Shown: positions 24,087 through 36,765 of the stretch, piece after piece
Numbering within the stretch: the first letter of the stretch is position 1
Layout of the letters: every line of letters begins with the position of its first letter
NCBI RefSeq assembly: GCF_006345805.1
Contig: NC_043003.1
Location: 11,470,001-11,534,000, forward strand
Direction of reading: 5' to 3'
Origin: Octopus sinensis
Taxonomy: Eukaryota
DNA: 64,000 nt
The notes under the pieces: generated by a model
Seen by the model: only the letters and a program-made list of their open reading frames with translations
Told to the model about the DNA's origin: nothing
The model's database searches: none
Made by a program: the position numbers and the translations under genes

Positions 24087-24634
24087 CCTTCAAGTCAGTC
24101 CTGTTCTTTACACATTACTCTCTTTTCTGATATCATTTGTGAGAGTCAACATTATCTGTCCTGACTTAAAGTCATCCTTCAAGTCAGTCCTGTTCTTTAC
24201 ACATTACTCTCTTTTCTGATATCATTTGTGAGAGTCAACATTTCTGTCCTGACTTAAAGTCATCCTTCAAGTCAGTTCTGTTCTTACACATTACTCTCTT
24301 TTCTGATATCATTGTGAGAGTCAACATTTCTGTCCTGACTTAAAGTCATCCTTCAAGTCAGTCCTGTTCTTTACACATTACTCTCTTTTCTGATATCATT
24401 TGTGAGAGTCAACATTATCTGTCCTGACTTAAAGACATCCTTCAAGTCAGTTCTGTTCTTTACACATTACTCTCTTTTCTGATATCATTTGTGAGAGTCA
24501 ACATTATCTGTCCTGACTTAAAGTCATCCTTCAAGTCAGTCCTGTTCTTTACACATTACTCTCTTTTCTGATATCATTTGTGAGAGTCAACATTATCTGT
24601 CCTGACTTAAAGTCATCCTTCAAGTCAGTTCTGT
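24087..24634. repeat. Homogeneous 89-bp tandem array, six copies plus a partial
   Basis: Unit starts at 24087, 24176, 24264, 24350, 24439, 24528 and 24617. Confidence 0.97.
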
Positions 24635-25124
24635 ATGTGGCTGTGTTTGCGTCAGTGTCGTTTGTGATCACGTGAGTTTTCAACATTATCTATCTCGGTT
24701 GAAATGAACCTATATTTCCTTTGATACAACTTCAAACAACCATGTGTTGAACAGGTCTTGAAATCTATTCAGCACTGCTCCATAACATGTTGCTGTCCTT
24801 TGTCATGTCATCTGTGAGTTTTGACATTATCTGGCCTGATATGAATACATCCTCATGTCTCTTTATGTAGCCATGCACTGAACAGCTCTTTCATTCACTT
24901 CTGTCTTGCTCCATACATATCAGTGTCTTTTGTGCTGTGAACCTTTGTGAGTCCAACATCTGTCCTCGTTGCTCCATATGTGCTGCTGTCTTTTGTGAGA
25001 CCATTTATAAGTTTCAAGATTATTTGTCCTGATCTAAATGCATGTACAATTCCTTTGATAGGATTTCAAACAACCATGTATTGAATTAACTCATGAAATT
25101 TATTCAGCATTCTTTCATGCATGC

Positions 25125-25680
25125 GGAGGCACGTGGCTTAATGGTTGGGGATGTTGGAATTATGATCGTAAGATTGTGGTTTCAATTCTGGGACTGGGTG
25201 ATGCGCTGTGTTCTTGAGCAAAACACTTCATTTCTATTTCTTTAGTACCCACAAGGGGCTAAACACAGAGAGGACAAACAAGAACAGACAAAGGGATTAA
25301 GTTGATTATGTTGACCCCAGTGCGTAACTGGTACTTATTTAATTGGCCCCGAAAGGATGAAAGGCATAGTCGACTTTGGCGGAATTTGAGCTCAGAACAT
25401 AGCGGCAGATGAAATACCGCTAGGCATTTCGCCCAGCGTGCTAACGTTTCTGCCAGCTCGCCTTTTTTTTTTTTATTTTTTATTATTTATAGTTTTCTTG
25501 AACAATTCATGTCTGACAAAAATAAAAAATTAAAAAATAGTAATAAAAAAAATACAAAAATACTTCATGTTGCTCCAGTCCACACAGCTGCCAAAAATGG
25601 GTATCCCGGCAGTGGCCCAATGTCCCATCCAGGAGAGAAATATTTATATTACAGAAACCAAGCAACAAACTTTATGGGTC
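25125..25680 (+). mobile_element. SINE group E (tRNA head plus CORE-like region) split by an antisense SINE B
   Basis: 'GGAGGCACGTGGCTTAATGG...TTCTTGAGCAAAACACTTCAT' resumes as 'TACTTCATGTTGCTCCAGTCCAC' at about 25561. Confidence 0.75.
25232..25462 (-). mobile_element. SINE group B
   Basis: Reverse complement of the 11560-11793 type, CpG-rich. Confidence 0.9.
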
Positions 25681-25909
25681 TATCTGACTCAGGGGAATTA
25701 TCTTATCCTATCTGTTTTCCCATCTTTGTTGCTGTGTTTTGTGATATCATTCAAAAGGGTCAACATTATCTGTTCTGACTTAAATACATCCACATGTCCT
25801 TTCATACAGCCATGCATTGAACAAATCTCTTAGATCTGTTCAATATCTCTCCTTACATGCTGGTGTTTCATCATCATTATCTGTGAATCTAAACATCATC
25901 TGTCCTTAT

Positions 25910-26335
25910 TTAACCCTTTCACATTGAGATTACACTCTCAAATGTAATATTTATTTATTCAAATTGCTTTGAATTAATCATGCATTATTTTGTAGCTTGA
26001 TCATAATCTTTCAGTTCCTGAACTGGGCAATACATTGCGTTCTTGAGCAAGACACTTCATTTCACATTGCTCCAGTCCACTCAGCAGTAAAATTGAGTAA
26101 TCCTGCAACAGACTATCGTCCTGTCCAGCAAGGAATATACAGGCCAGAAAAACCATGAAACCGTTATGCTCTTTACAGAGTAATGTGAACTGACCATCTT
26201 ATTATATAGCTTTGAGATTTCGATGAAGCGATCGTTTACTTTTTAGAATGACATTGTAGGTAGGTGCAAGAGGCCAGATCTGTCCAGTTTGGAAATAAAA
26301 GACGGGAGGATATTTTGGCCAGATACGGTCAGTCA
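25910..26335 (+). mobile_element. piggyBac-type MITE family II interrupted by a SINE E (about 26000-26190)
   Basis: TTAACCCTTT left end; interior resumes 'TAGCTTTGAGATTTCGATG'; insert carries 'TTCTTGAGCAAGACACTTCATTTCACATTGCTCCAGTCCAC'. Confidence 0.75.
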
Positions 26336-26911
26336 GGTGCTTATTTCTAGGTACTGGTCTATTTCCACCACAGCTGGCTTCTCTTTCTGTCAGCACAAAC
26401 ATTGAAACAAAACAATATTTCGACAATATCCCAGTTTCTCGCCTGTATTATATTTGTCTACTTGCCACTTCATTCCATTTTCTTTGACATTGATACTTAA
26501 CTAATTCATTAATTGGTTTTGGATTAAGCTGGATTATCCAGTCTTATTACAGATATTCAGATGTGAAATATGAAACTATAAATATTCTTTAAGATATTAT
26601 ATTGCATATGTGGGTGTATATGAATTGTGTGTGTGTGTATTCATATATATGTGCACGTGTGTGTGTGTTTCCATGCTTTAATATTTGCGTTTGAGTATCC
26701 TATACGCACACACTCCATTCCTATTATAACACCAGGTGTTTGCGTTTACGTGCACATGTGACTGCATGCATGTCCTAATTTCTCCAATCTTATTCCATTT
26801 TGTAAATGCCATCTTTTATACACACGTGTATGTATGTATGTGTATACACACACACACACACACAGAGAAAATATGCAAGTATGTCCTAATTTCTGAAATC
26901 ACATGAATACC

Positions 26912-26973
<62 letters not shown>

Positions 26974-27040
26974 ATGTGCACATAGGCATGTTATTGGCTA
27001 TACCTCAGTATGGCCACAGACTTTAGGCTAAAAAAAATAT

Positions 27041-27047
<7 letters not shown>

Positions 27048-27091
<44 letters not shown>

Positions 27092-27470
27092 ATATATATA
27101 TGTGTGTGGTGTATATATATGTGTGTGTGTATATATATATGTGTGTGTATATATATGTGTGTGTGTGTGTGTATATATATATGTATGTGTGTGTGTGTGT
27201 GTATATATATATGTATATGTGTGTGTGTGTGTATATATATATGTATATGTGTGTGTGTGTGTATATATATATGTATATGTGTGTCTGTGTGTATATGTAT
27301 ATGTATATGTGTGTGTGTGTGTGTGTGTATATGTATATGTGTGTGTGTGTGTGTGTGTATATATATGTGTGTGTGTGTGTGTATATATATGTATATGTGT
27401 GTGTGTGTATATATATATATGTATATATATATGTATATGTATATATATATGTATATGTATATATATATAT
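27048..27470. repeat. Large compound (TA)n/(TG)n microsatellite with ~30-40-bp higher-order periodicity
   Basis: Direct inspection. Confidence 0.95.
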
Positions 27471-27652
27471 TATTCACATGCACAAGCTCACACACATACA
27501 GATAAATATACACATGTCCTAATTTCAACAATCTCATTCTGTTTCATGAATGCCATCTTTAATAAGCGCAGAAATATGTGTGTGTGTGTGTGTGTAGATG
27601 CATTTTATATTGTTGTTTGTTTACACCGTATGAACATATATATACCACATAC

Positions 27653-27729
27653 ATCTTCCAGCATTTGACGATAGAAAACTTGTAGCCGAGCATTAAAAAG
27701 AGAAACGCTCTTCTCACAAACGTCGGCAT
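27653..27729 (-). CDS. Candidate first coding exon encoding a signal-peptide-like N-terminus (MPTFVRRAFLFLMLGYKFSIVKCWK)
   Basis: ATG at 27729, then basic n-region and hydrophobic h-region, ending at a GTATGT donor in CpG-retaining unique sequence. No homology recognised. Confidence 0.2.
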
Positions 27730-27794
27730 TCATTAGTAGAATTAAATTTTAGGAATTTTCACCAGAATTTTTCTTTAGCTTCATTCATTCAAAT

Positions 27795-27847
<53 letters not shown>

Positions 27848-28358
27848 TCCTTCTTTCTTTCTTTTTCCTTCTCTTTTTTCCTTTTCTTATTGGTTAAATT
27901 TTGATGTACTAGATTTCCTCGACATCTCCTGATTCTTAGATAATCCTGACAGGTTGTTATGGCCCTATTGTTAGAAATTCTCCGAGCAGGATGGGGGGGG
28001 GGATGCTTGGTAGGTAGGTAGGTAGGTAGGTCGGTGTGTAACTGTTGGTGGTGGTGGTGGCGGTGGTGGTGGCGGCAGCGGTGGTGTCGGTTCTTCTGCG
28101 GTTGCGGACTTTTAAGTTTCGTCGTTTGATTGGATTTGATTTCTAAGTTTCCATTTTGTTTTCTTTTGTTGTGTTTCTTTTTTGTGTTTCTTTCTTTTTT
28201 TTTTTTCGCTGGTTTGTTTTTGTCTTGTTTAAGCTTCCCTGTCATTGATTTATTTTCTGTTTGGCTTTCAGGCTATGCTGTAACATATGGCGTGTTGAGT
28301 GCGTATGCACACACATGTGCACATAATGCACACGCATATTATACACACTTCATCACCG

Positions 28359-28389
<31 letters not shown>

Positions 28390-28591
28390 ACACATATAAG
28401 ACACACTCACACACACACATGCATACACAAGCGTATACATCACATACATTACATTGCCACCATCATGCATATACACACACACATATACACATATATATTA
28501 GACACACACACATACACACGCATGCATATAATGGTTGATTCTTTAGATGTTGGTGAACATTAGTGCCTGGATGTGAGCAAGTGCATGAGAG

Positions 28592-28623
<32 letters not shown>

Positions 28624-28728
28624 ATCTAAATTTTAATGAAACCTCCAAGTTATGTAAATGTCTTGCTAAACACATCCATACTTCGCTTTCCACATTCACA
28701 CACACACACAGTATATATTTCATATATA

Positions 28729-28760
<32 letters not shown>

Positions 28761-28763
28761 GAC

Positions 28764-28796
<33 letters not shown>

Positions 28797-28871
28797 CATG
28801 CACACACACATCTATCAGTTCTTGCATTCATATTTATTGGAGAAATACAAAATATAATTCTTGTATATTCC

Positions 28872-28908
<37 letters not shown>

Positions 28909-29386
28909 ATAACGACACACACAGAAACAGTTACATGTGTGTGTGTGTTTGTATGTATACGTATTGATAGATAGATACATACACATACATACATATATAT
29001 ATACACACAGACACACACACACATATTCTCTCTTTTTGGAGGAAACCCGACATACTTATACTTTCTCTTTTCTTTTCTGCTCACTCACATGTAAATCCAT
29101 CTTTTGCACACAGACACACACACACACACACTCTTTCACACATGCAGGCTCTCATTCATACTCTCTCTCTCTCTCTCTCTCTCTCTCGCACTTACTTACA
29201 CACATTCCTATCTTCTCTTTTCACACACATTTGTTCTTTCTTTTTCTCTTCATTCATTAGCAGTCTCCTTCTTTCCTACATTTTCTCTCTTTCCCATCAT
29301 ATATCCACATATACACATTGTCCCTCCTCTCACATATATTCTCTCCTTTTCTTTTTCTCCGTCTCCTTATCCTTACAGAAACCGAT

Positions 29387-29425
<39 letters not shown>

Positions 29426-30614
29426 CATGCATGTGCAGAGGATGTTGCATTTTCATTTCCAAATGCTCCATGATAAATGAAGCTACATTAGACTTTGAAA
29501 CTTTCTTGAATATCTTTAGAAACACCTTCTGCATATGACTGCTTCATGCTTTATTGATTTATGGCTATTTAACTTCTTTCGGCAAAAAAACATTTCATTC
29601 TCATATATATGTTTTGTAACATGTGCAAAAAGCCCTCTCCACCACCACCACCATCGCAGCCGCTGCCGCCACCATTCCACTTATTATTTTTTTATCCGAA
29701 AATAATGGAAATTAGTTTTAATGTTTTTTTTTTAGTTTTTGTTTTTTAATATCGTGTAAAATAAGACGGGGGGGGGGGTTGTCTTTTTATATTGTTTTGT
29801 TTATGTTTTTATCATTTACCATTTCGCGTCTGTTAGTGTTCAGATTAGGTAAAAAAAACAAAAAAATCAAAAAAGAAAAAAAGGAATTATTTTATTTATT
29901 TTCCCCCCTTGTTCTACATGTTAGTTAAATGAAATAAGTTGTTTTAGTTCCGAAAGGCAGGAATATCTTGGAGTTAAATAGTTGTTGTAATATCGGTGAA
30001 GATAGGAATAAAAGAGTTAAGTAGAAGAGAAAGGTAAGAAAAAAGATCCAGAGGCCTCCAGAAGCATTAATGAGTTCATAAAAATCCAGCGCTTTGATCT
30101 AAATAATTTGTTCTCGACGAGGGTCCATATGGCCCTGGGGTGGGGGTGGAGGTGAGTCACAGTATTTTGTTTTTAAAATTTATGTGGAATCAATTAATTA
30201 TATTTGTTCAATATACAGAATATCTTAATGTTTTTTTTTTTTATCTGATTCCTAGCAATTAATTAAAAAAATATAATGGTTTTTTTTAAAACTTCGAATG
30301 ACTATGAGGGTCTAAAATAGGACAAATAGGAATCGAAGGGGTCCATGGCTTAAAAAAATTGTTGAGATTCCTTGTACCCATTTTGTTACCATGCTGCTGT
30401 TGATAATATGTATGACATTCCTTTCAATTAATTTTGGAGATAATGAATTCAGTTGAATAACTTTGTCCTTATTAAGGCAGTGTTTGGAACCTTGACTGCA
30501 GTCTTTGATGTCGTATAAAATGCACTATTTTCTTTAGCAAACAAAAGTCTCTCAAAGAATCATCTCAGATCCTTTTTTCATATGTGTGCATATATATCTA
30601 TATATATATATATT

Positions 30615-30763
30615 TCTTTTATTCGTTTGCTTGTTTCAGTCATTTGGCAGCAACCATTCTTTGTAAGCCTAGTACTTATTCTATTGGTTCTCTTTTGCCG
30701 AACTGCTATGTTATGGGGACGTAAACACACCAGCATCGGTTGTCAAGTGATGGTGGGAGACAC

Positions 30764-30796
<33 letters not shown>

Positions 30797-30950
30797 CGAC
30801 AGGCTTCTTTCAGTTTCCGTCTACCAAATCCACTCACAAGGCATTTGGTCAACCCAAGGCTATAGTAGAAGACACTTGCCCAAGGTGCCATGCAGTGGGA
30901 CTGAAACCCGGAGCCATGTGGTTGGTAAGCAAGCTACTTACCACACAGCC
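30615..30950 (-). mobile_element. SINE group A, nearly full length
   Basis: Reverse complement of A head and tail. Confidence 0.88.
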
Positions 30951-31211
30951 AATCCACATTACGGAGGATATATTATAAACAATTAATAATTATTTATGAA
31001 TATATCAATGGTCAAACACGTTTTTATAAAATACATAGAAGAAGAATGGGGGGGTAACTTTCTAGGTGCAATCTATGATTAGTCATGACCGAAGGGGGTC
31101 TCAGCAGTGAAATATCGGGATCGATATAATCGACTAGTCCCCTTCCCCAAAATTTCATAGCCTTGTGCCTTCAGTAGAAAGGGTTATTATTATTGTTATT
31201 ATTATTATAAA

Positions 31212-31425
31212 GGCAGTGAGCTGGCAGAATCACTAGCATGCCAGGCAAAATACTTAGCAGTATTTCGTTTGTCTTTTCATTCTAGGTTCAGATTCCTCCA
31301 AGGTTGACTTTGCCTTTCATCCTTTCGGGATTGATAAATTAAGTACCAGTTGAAAACTGGGGTCAATATGATCGACTTATCTCTTTCCCCCAAAATTGCT
31401 AGCCTTTTGCCAAAATTTGAAATCA
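31212..31425 (+). mobile_element. SINE group B
   Basis: 'GGCAGTGAGCTGGCAGAATC...GACTTTGCCTTTCATCCTTTCGGG'. Confidence 0.85.
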
Positions 31426-31464
31426 TTATTAATATCACCCCCCAACTTTTTTTTAAAAGTCAAA

Positions 31465-31702
31465 ACATGGTTCCAGGCTCATTCCCACTGCGTGGCACCT
31501 TGGGCAAGTGTCTTCTACTGTAGCCTTGGGCTGACCAAAACCTTGTGGGTGGATTTGGTAGACGGAAACTGAAAGAAGCCCATTGTATATATATATATAA
31601 TAGGCTTCCAAAGAATAAGTCCTAGGGTCAATTTACTCAACTAAAGGCGGTGCTCCAGCATGGCCGCAGTCAAATGACTGAAACAAGTAAAAGAGTAAAG
31701 AG
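31465..31702 (+). mobile_element. SINE group A with an internal deletion
   Basis: Head joined via (TA)n directly to the distal tail. Confidence 0.85.
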
Positions 31703-32254
31703 TATGGCAAGTTATAAAAATAATACAGGTTGGTGTCTCAATATTTCAGTATTAAGATCCCTTCCTTCTTCAGGAAATTTTTGGTGTAAAGGTGTTGTTA
31801 GCCAGAGCTATCTGTCATTTAAATCAATGTTTTAAAAGGTTACCTACGTCTCTCTTCACAGCAACCCTAGTACACCCACCATTTCTAGTTGTAGTAATTA
31901 CACAGTAGTTAAGGGACACACTTCTTTCATCGCATAACAATGTTTGAATCAGTAAACTGGGTCAATATATGCTCAGCTTGCTTCTGCTCAATAAAACCTT
32001 CATTCACTGCTGCTCTATTAATTATTCAGACACTATTTTTGGTTTTGTCATGAACTAAGAATTATTGTTCATGTAGATGTGGAGGTGGCTGTGGTAGAAG
32101 GTGGTGTTACATTAGGACTTGACTCTGCATCTCTTGTTCGCGAGTTCAAATTTTGCTAGCGGCAGCTTTGTATTTTTTTGTTTTGCTTCAATCAAATAAG
32201 TTCCAGATATGTAGTATGGAGTTGACACATGCATCGCTCATCATCATCATCATT

Positions 32255-32660
32255 TTATTTGTCATTTGACTGCAGCCATGCTGGAGCACCACCTTGAAGG
32301 ATTTTAGTCAAATCGACTCGAGGGCTTATTTTTTTAAAGCCTAGTACTTGTTCTATTGGTCTCTTTTGCTGAGCTGTTAAGCTATGGAGACATAAACACA
32401 CCAACACTGGTTATCAAGCAGTGGTGGAGGACAAACAAAGGCATACACATACACACATAAACACATAGATATATACATACATATATACACACATGGCATG
32501 CACTGCTCTCTCACTCAGTGATATATATATATATATATAATATATATATATACATACATACATTACAGGCTTCTTTCAGTCTCCGTCTGCCAGATTCATT
32601 CATAAGGTTCTGGTCAGCCCAAGGCTGTAGTAGAAGACGCTTGCCTGAGATGCCATGCAT
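32255..32660 (-). mobile_element. SINE group A
   Basis: 'CATTTGACTGCAGCCATGCTGGAGCACC...CTTCTTTCAGTCTCCGTCTGCCAGATTCA'. Confidence 0.8.
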
Positions 32661-33109
32661 TGTAGTGTAGGTGTGAAAGGCCTGATCTGGCCAGTTTGAG
32701 CATAAAACAGGTAGAATCCTTGGACCTTTAGATATGGCCAGTTTGAATGCTAAAGGGCAAAACTTGTCCCTTAAATTTCTGGCTCTCTGCTTATGTTAGA
32801 AGCAGTTTTAATTGTTGAACACAAACACACACAAACACACACACTTGTCTGAATGTATATTTAATGTATTAGTAGTTGAAATTTCTCAGCTCATTGATTT
32901 ATTGAACACTGTTCAATACTCTTGGTTTTTTTTTCCTTTGTGTGTGTGTGTGTTGACCAGTCATTGAACAGAGCTTCGTTTTATTAATGAGCAAAAGACA
33001 GGTGAATGCATGTAAACGATGTATAAGTTTGCTGTGCCTAGCACTCCTAAACATTGTAGAGCACTCTGCAGATCCGTCTGTCTGTCAATTCATCAATCCA
33101 GCTACCTAT

Positions 33110-33119
33110 CTATCTACTG

Positions 33120-33151
<32 letters not shown>

Positions 33152-33160
33152 CTATGTCTG

Positions 33161-33243
<83 letters not shown>

Positions 33244-33324
33244 CTATATCTATCTATACATCCAGCCGTCTATCTATCTATCTCTCTATCTATCTCTCTC
33301 TCTATCTATCTCTCTCTCTATCTA

Positions 33325-33363
<39 letters not shown>

Positions 33364-33442
33364 GTGTATTTGTATTTGTGTATATATGTGTGTGTGTTCA
33401 TGTATATATCTATCTACCTGTGTGTGTGTGTGTGTGTTTGTT

Positions 33443-33501
<59 letters not shown>

Positions 33502-33545
33502 TATATTCATGTATTTATGTGTGTGTGTGTGTGTGTGCGTATGTA
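33110..33545. repeat. (TATC)n/(TGTC)n/(TG)n/(TA)n microsatellite block
   Basis: Direct inspection. Confidence 0.95.
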
Positions 33546-33904
33546 TATATAAGATAGAGTAGGAGGAACTCCAAGCATGCCTATCAATTAGATAAACCAC
33601 TGAAGGTATTAAATTACACACACACACACACACACTTTTCTTCGTTTCCAGTCCATGCCTGGTTTCCGTACCTATCTCCCTGGCTGCTATCGTTTCAGTT
33701 TTAAACTCTGCTGTCTTCTCGTTATTGTCTTCTGTCGTTAATTAATTCTTGTCCTAGTCATTTGTTGTTTCGCCTCGGGTCAGGCTTGATTGAACAGACC
33801 CAACCACCACGACGATCAAAGGCATTCAAGCTGTGAAACATTCCATCTTTGTTTAAGGCATTTCCTCCTAATCAAGGATGACTCCCATTATTCTGGACGC
33901 ACAT

Positions 33905-34515
33905 GTACTCCTTCTCTCTCTCTCTTTCTCTCTCTCTTCCTCTCCTCTTTCTCACTCTCCTCTCCCTCACCTCATCTCTCCCTCTCATCTCATCTCTCCG
34001 TCTCATCTCTCTTCCTTTCTTTCTCTTTCTCCTCTCTCTCTCATCTCTCCTCTCTTCTTTCTCTCTCTCTTCCTCTCTTCTTTCTCTCTCTCTTCCTCTC
34101 TTCTTTCTCTCTCTCTTCCTCTCTTCTTTCTCTCTCTCTTCCTCTCTTCTTTCTCTCTCTCTTCCTCTCCTCTTTTTCTCTCTCCTCCTCTCTTTCCTCT
34201 CTCTCTCTCTCCTCTCCCCTTCCTCTCTCTCTCCTCTCCCCTTCCTCTTTCATTTCCCTCTCCTTTCATCTCTCTCCCTCCTCATCTCTCCATCTCATCT
34301 CTCTCCCCACCTTCCTCTCCCTTTCTTTCTCTCTCTCTTCCTCTCTCTCCTCTCCCCCTTCCTCTTTCATCTCCCTCACCTCATCTCTCCCTCTCCTCTC
34401 ATCTCTCCCTCTCCTCTCATCTCTCCCTCTCCTCTCATCTCTCCCTCTCCTCTCCTCTCTCCCCTCCTCATCTCTCTCCCCTACCTCCCTCTCCCCCTCT
34501 TTCTATCTCTCCTCC
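33905..34515. repeat. ~600-bp polypyrimidine (CT-rich) tract with internal ~24-bp and ~18-bp sub-repeats
   Basis: 'CTCTCTTCTTTCTCTCTCTCTTC' and 'CCCTCTCCTCTCATCTCT' are repeated; purines are very rare. Confidence 0.95.
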
Positions 34516-34844
34516 CTCAACAGTAAGGTATGACTAGACGAAGGATTTGTTTCCCATTTCTAGCAGGTCAAGCAATCACATTGTCATTCAGTAACGGAAC
34601 ATGCTCCGTACACACTTCATGCCAGAAGATGTCTGTTTACCAAAGGCCCAGTTCGCTTCTATATAAGTGCTCAATGAATCGAAATCTCGTTGAATCGCAT
34701 CAGGAATATCATTTAGGAAAAGGCATGAACATCACAGCATCGTGCTTCTTTCCTCCCTCTTTGTTATAAATCAGAAGCTGTTTGCCTCTTAACTGTTTAT
34801 GGTTTATTAGAAAAGAATGTTTGTTGTCTTGTGATCTTGGTGAT

Positions 34845-36083
34845 TATGGTGGTGGTGGTGGTGGTGGTGAGTGTGTTGTTTGGTTGTGGTGATGGGGGCA
34901 TCCTCTCTCATTTCTAACCTCTTGAAGAGAAGGAGACATTCAAGGAATTCTTCACCAAGTAATTAAGGAGCAAAGATGGCGGCGGCGGCGGCGGTGGTGG
35001 TGGTGGAGTAATAAGAAGATAGATGGAAGTTGTGATGAAGATGAGGTAGGTGTGTGAGATGGGGGCGGCGGCGGCAGGGTGGGTGGGTGTGGGGACAATG
35101 AGGTGGCAAGGGGGGTGGGGACAGGCCTGGGGTAAGTGGATGGAAAGGTGTGGTGGTGGTGGTGGGAGGAAGAGGTATGGAAACAGTGTGTGTGATAGCA
35201 AGTTCTGTGGAGGTGGGTAAAATGGCTAGTCAGAACTGTGTGTGTGTGTGTGTGTGGTGATATAGATGGAATTGTGTATGTGTATATGTATGTGGGGGGT
35301 GGGAAGGAGTTAGAAAATTGGGTGGTGGTGGTGGTGGGGTGGGGTGGTGATAGAGACAGACAGGCAGACAGACAGATAAATGAAATTGTGTGTAGAGAGA
35401 TAGAGAGGAGCTGTAAGAGTGGTGGTGTGTGGGTATAGGTGGAGGTGGTGAAATTAGTGGATAGAATAGTTTGTCTGTATTAGTGGTGGTGGTGGTGGTG
35501 GTAGTGGTGGTATAAATAGATGAGATGAAATTATGGGGCTGGGGCAGAGGGTGGGGTGGGGTGCTAAATAGGTAGAAGTGTTGGTGTTAAGGGGGTGGGT
35601 CGGTTGTACAAATAGATGAAATTGTGCAGAGTGGAGTGGGGGGTGGAGGTTGTGATGTGAGTATGAGGGAGGTAGTAAGTAATTGAAGTTTTTTGTGGTG
35701 GTGGTGGTGGTGGTGGCATTGGTGGTGGTGGGGTTGGTGGTGGTGGTGATGGAGTTTGTGATCATGGTATTAGTGGTGGTATTGTTGGTGATGTTGTGAT
35801 GATGGTGGTGGTGGTGCCTGATGATGGTGGTGATGGAGTTTGTGATGATGGTGTTAGTGGTGGTGGTGTTTGTGATGATGGTGGTAGTGATGGTAGTGGA
35901 GTTTATGATGATGGTGGTAGTGGTATTGGTGGTGGCATGTAGTATAAGTATATGAAATTGTGTGTGTGTGTGTGTGAGAGAGAGAGAAGAGAGTGTATGA
36001 TGTAGGGGTTTGGGGTTTGAAGATGATGGCGGTGAAGTCCATGAAGTGGTAGAGGCTATGTGTAGCTGTTGAGTTGAGAGAAG

Positions 36084-36114
<31 letters not shown>

Positions 36115-36140
36115 AGAGAATGGGAGGAGAAGTTTTGTGG
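34845..36140. repeat. G/T-rich low-complexity region with (GGT)n and (GAT)n
   Basis: Direct inspection. Confidence 0.85.
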
Positions 36141-36381
36141 AGTTAGAAAATACTTAACTGAAGAAATTAACTGAGATAGGAATAAACACATAAAAGAGAG
36201 AATTGTGTTTGCTGCGAAAGAAGGGGGGAAAGTGGGGGGGAGAGAGAGAAAGTAAGTCTTTGAGAATGAGGGGATGGGGGAAGAAGAGGGTGAGGATATA
36301 TGTGAGGGAGAGAGAGAGATGATGATGATGATGAGAGGAGAGAAAATATATAAAAATACATATAATAATGACAGTGTATAA

Positions 36382-36765
36382 GTGCAGGCATGGTTGTGTG
36401 GTTTAGAAGTGTGCTTTGCAGCCAGGTGGTTTCAGGTTCAGTCCCACTGCATGGCACCTTGGGCAAGTGTCTTTTATTTCAGCCCTGGGCTGGTCAAAGC
36501 CTTGCGAGTGAATTTGGTAAGAGGGAAACTGTGTGGAACCCAGCATGTGTGTGTGTATGTCTGTTTTCCCATTCTCCACCACTTGTCAGCTGGTGTTGGT
36601 TTGATTATGTCCTTCATAACATTGGCAGCTCAGCAAAAGAGACTGATAGAAATACTACCAGGCTTTAAAAAAAATTAAGTGGTGGGGTCAATTTGTTTGG
36701 CCAAACCCTTCAAGGTGGTGCTCCAGCATGGCCGCAATCCAATAACTGACACAAACGATAAAAAA
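36382..36765 (+). mobile_element. Full-length SINE group A, diverged
   Basis: Head 'GGTTCAGTCCCACTGCATGGCACCTTGGGCAAGTG'; tail 'GCTCCAGCATGGCCGCAA'. Confidence 0.85.

Larger units (their letters stand above)
24640..25905. repeat. Older diverged ~130-140-bp repeat units related to the 89-bp unit, interrupted by SINEs
   Basis: 'GTGAG..(C/G)ACATTATCTG.CCTGA..T.AATACATCC' and 'CCATG..(C/T)TGAACA' recur at about 24671, 24814, 25010 and 25757. Confidence 0.7.

Noticed and set aside
24087-24634. Regular repeats as a possible CRISPR array (also 41103-41380 and 54685-55007)
   Set aside because: Units are contiguous with no unique spacers, there are no cas genes, and the context is eukaryotic.
26920-29540. 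Overlapping YI/HT/CV/ER-rich ORFs, including the Lys-rich ORF 27781-28245
   Set aside because: They derive from dinucleotide microsatellites and A-rich low-complexity sequence.
34530-34769. 79-aa plus-strand ORF and the minus-strand peptide LNDIPDAIQRDFDSLSTYIEANWAF
   Set aside because: No recognisable domain; the minus-strand peptide has an in-frame stop upstream and no convincing acceptor.
33790-36191. Longest ORFs in the window (247, 245, 219 and 207 aa)
   Set aside because: Ser/Leu/Pro or Thr/His runs from CT-rich and GGT-rich tracts, which cannot readily encode stop codons.
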